Shown: one piece after another, positions 19,119 through 29,726 of the stretch | Position numbering within the stretch: the first letter of the stretch is position 1 | How the letters are laid out: each line of letters opens with the position of its first letter | NCBI GenBank assembly: GCA_964645885.1 | Contig: CAZYCO010000003.1 | Location: 1,372-38,192, forward strand | Length of the DNA stretch: 36,821 nt | Reading direction: 5' to 3' | From: an uncultured Gammaproteobacteria bacterium | GTDB lineage: Bacteria; Pseudomonadota; Gammaproteobacteria; CAZYCO01 | Notes under the pieces: model-generated | The model's input: only the letters and a program-made list of their open reading frames with translations | Databases searched by the model: none | What the model was told of the DNA's origin: nothing | Program-made: the position numbers and the translations under genes

Positions 19119-20006
19119 TTAAATTTCCTTAGCAAAAACCTTTAAGTAATCTTTAAAAGCAGTACCAATTTCAGGGTGTTTTAAGCCATATTCAATCGTA
19201 GCTTGTAAGTAACCTAATTTGTTACCGCAATCATAACGTTTACCTTCAAACTCATATGCGTAAACTGCTTCTACTTTTACTTGTTTTGCTATCGCATCAG
19301 TTAATTGAATTTCATTACTGTGACCCAGCTGCATTTTTTTTAAATATTTGAAAATAGAAGGATTTAACACATAGCGACCAATCGCAGCGAAATGAGATGG
19401 CGCTTTCTCAGGCGTAGGTTTTTCAATTATATTTTTTATTAATGCGAAATTTTTTTCGAACTTCTTGATATCAACCACACCATATTTATGTACTTCTGTC
19501 ATAGGTACTCCTTGCACAGCAATGATACTACCTTGTTGTTTGCTTTGGTTATATTGTTTCACCATTTGTCTCAAGCAAAATTTATGATTTGATTCTTCAA
19601 TCAAATCATCAGCTAATAAAACAGCAAAAGGTTCATCGCCTACAGCAGGTTCAGCACATAAAATTGCATGCCCTAATCCAAGTGGCCTAGGTTGACGTAA
19701 ATAAATACAATGCGCATCTGAAGGTAAAATATTTTGCAATGATTGCAATAAATCAGTTTTTTGTTTCTCTTGCAGCCAAGATTCTAATTCGTAGTTACTA
19801 TCAAAGTGATCTTCTATCGTTCGTTTACTACCACTCGTAACAAAAACCAAATCACGAATACCTGCTCGAATTGCTTCTTCCACTGCATATTGAATCAAGG
19901 GTTTATCAACTATAGGTAACATTTCTTTTGGTGTTGCTTTTGTTGCAGGTAAAAAACGCGTACCTAAACCTGCAACAGGAAAAACTGCTTTACGAATCGT
20001 TTTCAT
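19119..20006 (-). CDS. galU: UTP--glucose-1-phosphate uridylyltransferase
   Basis: KAVFPVAGLGTRFLPATKATPKEMLP, GLGHAI, EKP, EIQLTDAI and RYDCG motifs. Confidence 0.97.
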   Translation of the reverse strand: MKTIRKAVFPVAGLGTRFLPATKATPKEMLPIVDKPLIQYAVEEAIRAGIRDLVFVTSGSKRTIEDHFDSNYELESWLQEKQKTDLLQSLQNILPSDAHCIYLRQPRPLGLGHAILCAEPAVGDEPFAVLLADDLIEESNHKFCLRQMVKQYNQSKQQGSIIAVQGVPMTEVHKYGVVDIKKFEKNFALIKNIIEKPTPEKAPSHFAAIGRYVLNPSIFKYLKKMQLGHSNEIQLTDAIAKQVKVEAVYAYEFEGKRYDCGNKLGYLQATIEYGLKHPEIGTAFKDYLKVFAKEI

Positions 20007-21340
20007 AAAATATTCAATCCTCTTCCCATACCAAAATATTCAAATCCTAGATTTAAAATTGTTTTAGGATTGAACATATTTCGGCCATCAAAAATAAGAG
20101 GATTTTTTAGCTGTTTTTTTACTTGTTCTAAATCAGCCAGTTTAAATTCATTCCATTCAGTAATGATAACAAGTGCATCTGCATCATGAAGAGCAGACAT
20201 TTTATCGTTTGCGAACGTAAGCGCGCCTGATTGTGGCAACACGTTTTTAGCATTTTCTATTGCAATAGGATCATACGCTTGAACAAATGCACCTGCGTTT
20301 AATAATTCTTGGACAATCACTTGGCTTGATGCTTCGCGCATATCATCCGTGTCAGGTTTAAATGCCAACCCCCAAACTGCAAATATTTTTTGTGCAATAT
20401 CACCTGCAAAATAACGTTTTATTTTATCAACAATCCATTTCTTTTGTGTTGCATTTACTTGTGTGATTGCTTCGAGGATATGAGATTCAACACCAAGCTG
20501 TTTAGCTTGGAAATCTAACGCGCTGACATCTTTTGGAAAGCATGAACCGCCATAACCGCAACCTGCATATAAAAAATGTGGGCCAATTCGTACATCACTT
20601 CCCATACCTTTTCGAATTTCTTCAATATCAATATGTGCTTTTTCTGCTATACGGCTCATCTCATTAATAAAACTAATTTTTGTCGCAAGAAAAGCATTTG
20701 AAGCATATTTTGTTAATTCTGCAGCACCTGTAGACATACATAGTATTTGCTCATCAGCCAAATTTAATGGTTGATAAAGTGCTTTTACTTTTTCGGCATC
20801 GTTTTGATCATGCGCCCCAATAATAATTCGATCTGGCATAAAGAAATCTTTAATCGCAGTACCTTCTCGTAAAAATTCAGGATTAGAAACAACGCTGAAC
20901 TGCAATTGATGATTTTGTTCATTTAAACCATCGCGAATAAATTCACTTACTTTTTCAGCGCTTCCAACTGGTACTGTTGATTTGTTAATCACGATGCAAG
21001 GTTCGGTTCGATGGCGAGCAATTGTCTTGGCAACTTCAAAAACATATTTTAAATCTGCAGCACCAGATGATGATTGTGGTGTCGCAACCGCAATAAATTG
21101 AAATTCACCGTGTTCTACTGCTTGTTTTTCATTGGTAGAAAATAAAAGTTTTTTTTCAGCAAAATTTTTTACTAATAATTGATCAAGGCCTGGTTCATAA
21201 ATAGGCGACTTACCTTGTTTTAATAACTCTATTTTTTTGTCATCAATATCCATGCATAAAACATCATGGCCTAATTCTGCCAAGCAAACAGCCGTCACTA
21301 ATCCAACATAACCTGCACCATAAACTGTAATTTTTTTCAT
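20003..21340 (-). CDS. ugd: UDP-glucose 6-dehydrogenase
   Basis: GAGYVG, KSTVPVG, SNPEFLREG, GYGGSCFPKD and GLAFKPDTDDMRE motifs. Confidence 0.95.
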   Translation of the reverse strand: MKKITVYGAGYVGLVTAVCLAELGHDVLCMDIDDKKIELLKQGKSPIYEPGLDQLLVKNFAEKKLLFSTNEKQAVEHGEFQFIAVATPQSSSGAADLKYVFEVAKTIARHRTEPCIVINKSTVPVGSAEKVSEFIRDGLNEQNHQLQFSVVSNPEFLREGTAIKDFFMPDRIIIGAHDQNDAEKVKALYQPLNLADEQILCMSTGAAELTKYASNAFLATKISFINEMSRIAEKAHIDIEEIRKGMGSDVRIGPHFLYAGCGYGGSCFPKDVSALDFQAKQLGVESHILEAITQVNATQKKWIVDKIKRYFAGDIAQKIFAVWGLAFKPDTDDMREASSQVIVQELLNAGAFVQAYDPIAIENAKNVLPQSGALTFANDKMSALHDADALVIITEWNEFKLADLEQVKKQLKNPLIFDGRNMFNPKTILNLGFEYFGMGRGLNIL

Positions 21341-21359
21341 AAGTTTTTCTTAACAAAGA

Positions 21360-21385
21360 AAAAGGGCACCTAGAGGTGCCCTTTT
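21360..21385 (-). terminator. Intrinsic terminator downstream of comEA, potentially bidirectional
   Basis: AAAAGGGCACC-TAGA-GGTGCCCTTTT perfect inverted repeat with a U-tract on both strands. Confidence 0.88.
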
Positions 21386-21416
21386 AATCAAATCGCTTCA
21401 CAAAAAGCAATCCCAA

Positions 21417-21806
21417 TTAACCTACGGTTAAAGAAGAACGATGTTTTTCGATGAAACGTTTACCGATGCCTTTAACTTTCGCTAAATCATCAACGCTTTT
21501 AAATGCACCATTTTTTTCACGATAAGAAATAATTTCTTGCGCGCGTTTTTTGCCAAGACCTTTAACAGTTTCTAACTGTTCAGCTGTAGCTGTATTGATA
21601 TTAACAGGTTGTTGTTCTTGCGCTTGTGCTTGACCATTCTGTACAGCGCTCGCATCTGCAACTTGTTGTGGTTGTTGAGCGTTAGCTTGAACTTGTGTTT
21701 GAGCAGCATTATTTGCTTCTTGAGCTGCATTGTCTTCTGCTGCGAAAGCAGAGAAAGAAAAGCAAGCAACTAAAACGCATCCTAGCAATTTGCGTGTAAT
21801 TGACAT
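21417..21806 (-). CDS. comEA: ComEA-family helix-hairpin-helix DNA-binding protein
   Basis: Start MSITRKLL (CAGGGAG RBS), signal peptide ending AFA, Q/A/N-rich linker, then VNINTATAEQLETVKGLGKKRAQEIISYREKNGAFKSVDDLAKVKGIG. Confidence 0.9.
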   Translation of the reverse strand: MSITRKLLGCVLVACFSFSAFAAEDNAAQEANNAAQTQVQANAQQPQQVADASAVQNGQAQAQEQQPVNINTATAEQLETVKGLGKKRAQEIISYREKNGAFKSVDDLAKVKGIGKRFIEKHRSSLTVG

Positions 21807-21810
21807 AAAG

Positions 21811-21876
21811 ATTCTCCCTGAAAATAAATAGATTTTTTGAAACTCCCGGGACTCCGTGAGCGCGCGAATTATCACA
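21811..21876 (-). promoter_or_regulatory. comEA extended -10 promoter and GGA-rich leader
   Basis: TGTGATAAT followed by TCGCGCGC; the leader contains CACGGAGT, CGGGAGT and CAGGGAGA. Confidence 0.4.
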
Positions 21877-21925
21877 TAACAAAATTACTTGTAAAAGTAA
21901 CAAATTGATAATATCAAAATTTTAA

Positions 21926-22636
21926 TTATTTCGTTTTAGTTGAATGATAAAAAACCAGCAAATGATGTATGTGCTTTAATTGAAAATAACAATCTTCATA
22001 AAATTGTATTGCTTTCAAATTCGCGAGATTAGTACTAGTAGAAACCAAGCCAAAATGATGGTTTACAAAACATAACATTGTTTTAGCAACACCTTGTTTT
22101 TGTGCTTGCTCAGCAACAGCCAAAATATCTAAATTCCATTGATTCTGTTCTTTTGATAATTGAATAAATCCCACAATTTTATTTTCATCTTCAGCAACAA
22201 TTAATGCATCGCCTTGCTGGCTTTGAAAAAAATTTTGTAACCAAGATTTTTTTATTTTTTGCGCTACTTTTTCATTGTTTTGTAATCCAATATAAAAGTG
22301 TGCTGTTTTAAAAGCACTTTTTCCTACTGCGACAATGGATTTTTTATCAGCGCCATCTGCAAAACGGCAATTAATTTTCGTTTGTTTTTCTGCATCTTTT
22401 AATAATCTTTTTTGATTAAATTCTAAGTAAGTATCGATCCACTCAAAATTTTCTCGAATTAAATGATTTAATAAATGCTGTTGTTCTAATGCCAAACTGA
22501 CGCAAAACATTCCCGGTTGTTTTGCAGAAATCTTTTTTAATTTTTTTATATCGTTTGTTGAGGTGACTGTAGTCATAAATACTTGCGTATTCAGCGCATT
22601 TGATAGCCATTTATTTAAGGTGAAAGATAACTTCAT
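21926..22636 (-). CDS. GNAT-family acetyltransferase with WecD/RffC-like architecture
   Basis: C-terminal GNAT core IVGFIQL, LAVAEQAQKQGVAKTML and NLKAIQFYE, plus an N-terminal partial domain as in WecD. Confidence 0.75.
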   Translation of the reverse strand: MKLSFTLNKWLSNALNTQVFMTTVTSTNDIKKLKKISAKQPGMFCVSLALEQQHLLNHLIRENFEWIDTYLEFNQKRLLKDAEKQTKINCRFADGADKKSIVAVGKSAFKTAHFYIGLQNNEKVAQKIKKSWLQNFFQSQQGDALIVAEDENKIVGFIQLSKEQNQWNLDILAVAEQAQKQGVAKTMLCFVNHHFGLVSTSTNLANLKAIQFYEDCYFQLKHIHHLLVFYHSTKTK

Positions 22637-22784
22637 ATATTAACTTTTAATTAAAATTACATTCTTTAATTAGCCTAGTCATAAGGTCAAGAATTATTCG
22701 CATATCAATGACATTATTGAAATTGCGTTCATTAAATAATGACGTTTAAATAACCTTTTTATCTTCATCTGAAGGCCTTATTTC

Positions 22785-23759
22785 ATGACAATTTTGATAA
22801 CAGGTGTGGCAGGCTTTATTGGTTTTCACGTTGCCAAATTACTGTTAATGCAAGGAAAACAAGTGATAGGAATTGATAACTTAAATGACTATTACGATGT
22901 TGCGCTTAAAAAGAATCGATTAAAACAATTAGAACCATTTTCTTCATTTGAATTTCATCAAATTGATATTACTAATCGGGAAAAAATAAACGCCTTAGTA
23001 GCAGAGCACACAGAAATAGAAGGCATTGTGCATCTTGCTGCACAAGCGGGCGTGCGTTATTCATTAATTAATCCTTTTGCTTACATTGATTCAAATGTCA
23101 CAGGCCATCTCACACTTCTTGAAGCAGCGAGACAACTACCTCATTTAAAACATTTTGTTTATGCCAGCAGTTCTTCTGTTTATGGTGCAAATAATAAATT
23201 GCCTTACAGCATCGAGGATAGAGCAGATCATCCTGTCTCTCTTTATGCTGCAACCAAGCGTTCATGTGAGTTAATCAGCTATTGCTATAGTCATCTTTAT
23301 CAACTACCAATTACCGGTCTTCGTTACTTTACTGTTTATGGTCCATGGGGTAGACCGGATATGTCTGCATTTATTTTTACTAAAGCAATTTTAGAAAACC
23401 AAGACGTTCCAGTTTTTAACTTTGGTGATATGAAGCGAAACTTTACTTATATTGATGATGCTGCAAACGCTACTATCGCTTGTTTATTTTCTCCTCCAAC
23501 TCAAACTGAAAATAGCCCAAGACTTTATAACATTGGAAATGATCGCTCTGAAGCATTGCTGGATTTTATAAAAATATTAGAAAAACATTTAGACAAAAAA
23601 GCGAAAATAAAACTTGAGCCAATGCAAGCTGGCGATGTTAAAGAAACAATTGCTGATATTTCAAACACAACAAAAGATTTTGGTTTTGTTCCGAAAACAA
23701 ATATTGATCAAGGTTTAAAAGCCTATGTTGATTGGTATAAAAATTATTATTGCAACTGA
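22785..23759 (+). CDS. NAD-dependent epimerase, UDP-glucuronate 4-epimerase type
   Basis: TGVAGFIG, DNLNDYYD, HLAAQAGVRYS, YASSSSVYG, LYAATK and FTVYGPWGRPDM motifs. Confidence 0.92.
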   Translation: MTILITGVAGFIGFHVAKLLLMQGKQVIGIDNLNDYYDVALKKNRLKQLEPFSSFEFHQIDITNREKINALVAEHTEIEGIVHLAAQAGVRYSLINPFAYIDSNVTGHLTLLEAARQLPHLKHFVYASSSSVYGANNKLPYSIEDRADHPVSLYAATKRSCELISYCYSHLYQLPITGLRYFTVYGPWGRPDMSAFIFTKAILENQDVPVFNFGDMKRNFTYIDDAANATIACLFSPPTQTENSPRLYNIGNDRSEALLDFIKILEKHLDKKAKIKLEPMQAGDVKETIADISNTTKDFGFVPKTNIDQGLKAYVDWYKNYYCN

Positions 23760-23803
23760 GTGCAAATCTACTCAACCGTAACTGATTTCGCTAAGTTGCG
23801 TGG
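23740..23803 (-). other. attTn7-like site at the glmS 3' end, unoccupied
   Basis: glmS ends in PRNLAKSVTVE, the known TnsD target region. No Tn7 end or tns genes follow; the epimerase stop lies 8 bp away. Confidence 0.5.
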
Positions 23804-25612
23804 TTGATCAACATCCGTTCCTTTAATCAAGGCGACATAATAAGCCAATAATTGAAGTGGAACTGTATAAACTATTGGTGAAATTGTTTTTGGCACTTTT
23901 GGCATTTCAATAATATGTAATCCAGGTTCCGTAGCAATATGAGCTCTACTATCTGCAAAAACAAATAATTCGCCGCCACGCGCACGTACTTCATGCAAAT
24001 TAGAAATTAATTTTTCGAGCAAATCATCTTTTGGTACCACAGCAATAACGGGCATGTTTTGATCAACTAATGCAAGTGGACCATGTTTTAATTCACCTGC
24101 AGGATAAGCTTCTGCATGAATATATGAGATTTCTTTTAATTTTAATGCGCCTTCTAATGCAACAGGATATTGCAAACCACGGCCTAGAAATAATGCATGT
24201 TGTTTATTTGCGAATGATTGCGCAAGTCCTTTAATTTGTTGATTTAATTGCAATGCATTTGAAAGATAAATTGGTAATTCATGTAACTCTTCAACAATAT
24301 TTTTTTCTGTTTTTGCGGTTAGACCATGACGACGACCTAACGCAACACCTAACAATAATAATGCAGCTAGTTGCGTGGTGAACGCTTTCGTTGATGCAAC
24401 ACCAATTTCAACACCCGCTCGAGTCATAAACACTAAATCTGATTCTCGAACCAATGAACTTTCTGGCACATTGCAAATTGCCAAACTTGCTAAATAACCT
24501 TGGTTTTTAGCTAAACGTAGCGCAGCTAATGTATCTGCAGTTTCACCTGATTGTGAAATTAAAATGAGTAACGTATTTTTTGTCTTTTCTGCATTGCGAT
24601 AACGGATTTCACTTGCAACTTCTACGCGACATGGAATTTTTGCAATATCTTCAAACCAATAACGAGCAACCATTCCTGCATGATAACTGGTACCACAAGC
24701 AATAATTTGTACTTGTTCAGTTTTATCAAAAATAGCAGCAGCATTCGGACCAAATACTTCTTCAAAAATTTTATCTTTACCAATACAACCACTTAAAGTT
24801 TCAGCAACAACATATGGTTGCTCTAAAATTTCTTTTAACATGAAATGGCTGTATGGGCCTTTATCTACCGTACTACTCTTAATATCTAAGAAATGAATAT
24901 CTCGTTTTACTTCTTTACCTTTTGCATCGTAAATTTGAACTTGTTTAACATTTAAATCAGCGATATCGCCTTCTTCTAAATAGATAAAACGTTGGGTAAC
25001 TTGCAATAATGCAAGTGGATCAGATGCAACATAATTTGCTGTATCACCAACACCAATTACGACTGGCGCGCCTTTTCTTGCAGCAATTAAATGATTTGGT
25101 TCATTGATATAGATAACACAAATAGCAAATGCACCATCTAATTCAGCAACTGATGTTTGCACTGCTTGTAAAAAATTTTTACTTTTTTTGAGATTTGAAT
25201 GAATGAGATGTGCAATTACTTCTGAATCCGTTTCTGTTAAAAATTGATAACCTTCTTCTTTTAATCTTTTTTGTACGACTTGGTAATTTTCAATAATTCC
25301 ATTATGAACAATAGCAACTTCTTCTTGATTATTCGCGCCTGAAAAATGTGGATGAGCATTGTTTTCAGATGGTTTTCCATGTGTAGCCCAACGGGTATGC
25401 GCTAAACCAAGATGCCCAACAAAAGGTTCGGAGTTAAATGCATTAATCAATTCATTTACTTTTCCAACCGTTCGTTTACGTTGTAATTTTGAACTTCCAT
25501 TGACTAATACTAATCCAGCAGAATCATAACCTCGGTATTCCAAACGTTTTAAACCATCGAGCAAAATGCGGCTTACATCGTTACCTGAAACAGCTGCTAC
25601 AATGCCACACAT
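23768..25612 (-). CDS. glmS: Glutamine--fructose-6-phosphate transaminase
   Basis: MCGIV, LEYRGYDSAG, AHTRWATHG, SQSGETADT and DQPRNLAKSVTVE motifs. Confidence 0.99.
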   Translation of the reverse strand: MCGIVAAVSGNDVSRILLDGLKRLEYRGYDSAGLVLVNGSSKLQRKRTVGKVNELINAFNSEPFVGHLGLAHTRWATHGKPSENNAHPHFSGANNQEEVAIVHNGIIENYQVVQKRLKEEGYQFLTETDSEVIAHLIHSNLKKSKNFLQAVQTSVAELDGAFAICVIYINEPNHLIAARKGAPVVIGVGDTANYVASDPLALLQVTQRFIYLEEGDIADLNVKQVQIYDAKGKEVKRDIHFLDIKSSTVDKGPYSHFMLKEILEQPYVVAETLSGCIGKDKIFEEVFGPNAAAIFDKTEQVQIIACGTSYHAGMVARYWFEDIAKIPCRVEVASEIRYRNAEKTKNTLLILISQSGETADTLAALRLAKNQGYLASLAICNVPESSLVRESDLVFMTRAGVEIGVASTKAFTTQLAALLLLGVALGRRHGLTAKTEKNIVEELHELPIYLSNALQLNQQIKGLAQSFANKQHALFLGRGLQYPVALEGALKLKEISYIHAEAYPAGELKHGPLALVDQNMPVIAVVPKDDLLEKLISNLHEVRARGGELFVFADSRAHIATEPGLHIIEMPKVPKTISPIVYTVPLQLLAYYVALIKGTDVDQPRNLAKSVTVE

Positions 25613-25615
25613 AAA

Positions 25616-26992
25616 TTAGTCTCCTGATTTCTTTTGAGGTTTTTTCCATCCTGGAACTGTTCGTTGTTGTACACGTTGTGTAATTGTTAAATATCCTGGC
25701 TCAACATTTTTTCGAACGGTTGAACCAGCTGCAATCGTAGCATCATCTCCAACAATAACAGGAGCAACTAGTTGCGTATCGGAACCAATGAAAACTCGAT
25801 CGCCAATAATAGTTTGATGTTTATTGACCCCATCGTAGTTACACGTAATGGTTCCAGCGCCCACATTTACATTTTTGCCAATGGTTGCATCACCGATATA
25901 ACTTAAATGATTTACTTTTGATTGTTCAGCAATAGCTGATTTTTTTACTTCGACGAAATTACCAATATGAACTTCGTTTGCTAAAACTGTTTGTGGTCGT
26001 ATTCTCGCGAATGGCCCAATAATACAACGCTCTCCAATAATTGAATCTTCTATTACGGAATGTGAACGAATTTCAGTACCAGCATTCACTTTTACATTTT
26101 TTAAAATAGTATTTGCCCCAATTTTTACGCCATCACCTAATTCAACATAGCCTTCACAAATTACATTAATATCGATAACAACATCTTTTCCAACTTTTAA
26201 CGTACCGCGTAAATCAAAGCGATTGGGATCTAAGAAGCTAACGCCTTGTTGCATTAATTGTTCTGCTTGTTGTTGTTGTACAAAACGTTCTAATTTCGAA
26301 AGTTGAATTCGATCATTTACACCAGATACATCTTCTTCACGATTGGCTAATACGGTTTTAACTGAAATTTTCTCTTGTAACGCCATTGCAACAATATCAG
26401 TTAAATAGAATTCTTTTTGTGCATTTTTATTTTTCAAATTTGGTAACCAATGATGTAAACCATTTGAAGGTGCCGCCATGATGCCAGTGTTAATTTCTGA
26501 AATTGCTAATTGTTGTTCTGTTGCATCACGATGTTCGACTATAGATGTAATTTGTTTTTTATTATCTCGAATGATTCGGCCATAACCATATGGATTAGCA
26601 AAATTTGCAGTTAAGACGGCAAGCGATTCATTATTAGATTGCGCTATTAATTCTTGCATTGTCGCTACAGGAATAAGCGGTACATCGCCGTACAAAATTA
26701 ATACTTGGCTATTTTGAGGAATGAATGGCAACGCGCATTGAACTGCGTGTCCAGTTCCTAGTTGTTGATCCTGGAAAACCCAATGAAGCGATGGATCGTT
26801 AGCAAATGTGTTTTGAATGGTTTCGCCACCAAAACCATAGATGATATGAATTTTTTCTGGTTGAAGTTTTTTAGCTGAATCGACAACAAATTGCAGAAGA
26901 GGACGACCAGCTAAAGGATGCAAAATTTTCGGCAGTTGAGAATGCATTCGCTTGCCTTGTCCAGCTGCGAGAATCACGACATGAAGTGGCAT
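25616..26992 (-). CDS. glmU: Bifunctional UDP-GlcNAc pyrophosphorylase / glucosamine-1-phosphate acetyltransferase
   Basis: ILAAGQGKRM, QLGTGHAV, YGDVPL, hexapeptide repeats and GAGTITCNYDG. Confidence 0.98.
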   Translation of the reverse strand: MPLHVVILAAGQGKRMHSQLPKILHPLAGRPLLQFVVDSAKKLQPEKIHIIYGFGGETIQNTFANDPSLHWVFQDQQLGTGHAVQCALPFIPQNSQVLILYGDVPLIPVATMQELIAQSNNESLAVLTANFANPYGYGRIIRDNKKQITSIVEHRDATEQQLAISEINTGIMAAPSNGLHHWLPNLKNKNAQKEFYLTDIVAMALQEKISVKTVLANREEDVSGVNDRIQLSKLERFVQQQQAEQLMQQGVSFLDPNRFDLRGTLKVGKDVVIDINVICEGYVELGDGVKIGANTILKNVKVNAGTEIRSHSVIEDSIIGERCIIGPFARIRPQTVLANEVHIGNFVEVKKSAIAEQSKVNHLSYIGDATIGKNVNVGAGTITCNYDGVNKHQTIIGDRVFIGSDTQLVAPVIVGDDATIAAGSTVRKNVEPGYLTITQRVQQRTVPGWKKPQKKSGD

Positions 26993-27012
26993 ACAGTACT
27001 CCGGACGTAAAA

Positions 27013-27446
27013 TTATTTACGTACTTTATCTCGAAGTTGTTTAATCATCCGCAATTGCGCAACTGCTCTTGCTAATTCTGCTGCTGCCGCAGAGTAATCA
27101 ATATCAGCCTTACGACTTGAAAGTAATTTTTCAGCTTGTTCTTTTGCTTCAATTGCCGCAGCTTCATCTAAATCTTCAGCTCTAGCGACAGTATCAGCTA
27201 AGACTGTAACGATTTCCGGTTGTACTTCAAGTACGCCACCTGAAATGAAAAATGTTTCTTCTTCGCCACCTTGCTTAATTACTCGAATAGGGCCAGGTTT
27301 AAGCATAGTAATTAACGCTGCATGACCTGGTTGAATACCAAGTTCACCTTGGCTACCAGTAACAGTTAGCGAATTTATTCGCCCAGAAAAAATTTCTTTT
27401 TCCAGGCTAACGATGTCTAAATGTGTCGTGATTACTCTGGTTTCCA

Positions 27447-27447
<1 letters not shown>
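27013..27447 (-). CDS. atpC: ATP synthase epsilon subunit
   Basis: [15 protein letters not shown] and SGGVLEVQP motifs; operon position. Confidence 0.97.
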
Positions 27448-28856
<1,409 letters not shown>

Positions 28857-28864
28857 TTAATATG

Positions 28865-29725
28865 TTAAACAGCTTCAGCACCAGCAACGATTTCAGAAAG
28901 TTCTTTAGTAATCGCCGCTTGCCTTGCTTTGTTATATATCAATTGCAATTCGCTGATGATGCTGCCTGCATTATCTGATGCATTTTTCATTGCAACCATT
29001 CGAGCAGCTTGTTCACTAGCAATATTCTCGATAACAGCCTGATACACTTCTGCTTCAATATAGCGAGTGAGCAGTTTATCTAAAATTTCGACTGCATCAG
29101 GTTCATAAATGTAATCCCAATAGTGTTCCATTTTTTCATTTGTAGTAGGAACCAATGGTAATAATTGTTTTATCTCAGGTTGTTGTTTCATGGTGTTAAT
29201 AAACTGATTAAATACCACAAACAAACTATCGATGTGCATTGCATCATAAGCATCGAGCATTACTTTAATCACACCAATTAAATCTTTTGCACTCGGTTTA
29301 TCACCAAGATGGGTAACCGAAGCTACGATATTTGCTTTTACGCGTTTGAAAAAATTCTCCGCTTTCGCACCTATTAAACATAAATCAACTTCAATTCCTT
29401 TTGCTTGATAGTCTTGAATTGATTTAATCGCTGCTTTGAATAAATTAGCATTAAAGCCACCGCATAATCCGCGATCTGAGCTCACGATGATAAAACCAAC
29501 ACGCTTAACTTCTCGCGTTTGCAAGAATGGATGATGGTACTCAGAATGACTTTTAGCGATATGACTTATTACATTATCAATTCTTTCCGCATAAGGCCTA
29601 GAAACCAACATACGGTCTTGCGCTTTACGCATTTTACTTGCGGAAATCATTTCCATCGCGCGAGTAATTTTCTGCGTATTTTTAATGCTATGAATTTTGG
29701 AGCGAATCTCTTTCGCAGCCGACAT
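28865..29725 (-). CDS. atpG: ATP synthase gamma subunit
   Basis: [23 protein letters not shown] and [12 protein letters not shown] motifs. Confidence 0.99.
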   Translation of the reverse strand: MSAAKEIRSKIHSIKNTQKITRAMEMISASKMRKAQDRMLVSRPYAERIDNVISHIAKSHSEYHHPFLQTREVKRVGFIIVSSDRGLCGGFNANLFKAAIKSIQDYQAKGIEVDLCLIGAKAENFFKRVKANIVASVTHLGDKPSAKDLIGVIKVMLDAYDAMHIDSLFVVFNQFINTMKQQPEIKQLLPLVPTTNEKMEHYWDYIYEPDAVEILDKLLTRYIEAEVYQAVIENIASEQAARMVAMKNASDNAGSIISELQLIYNKARQAAITKELSEIVAGAEAV

Positions 29726-29726
29726 A

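Noticed and set aside
25613-25615. GlmZ-type sRNA target or glmS ribozyme upstream of glmS
   Set aside because: The glmU-glmS gap is only 3 bp.
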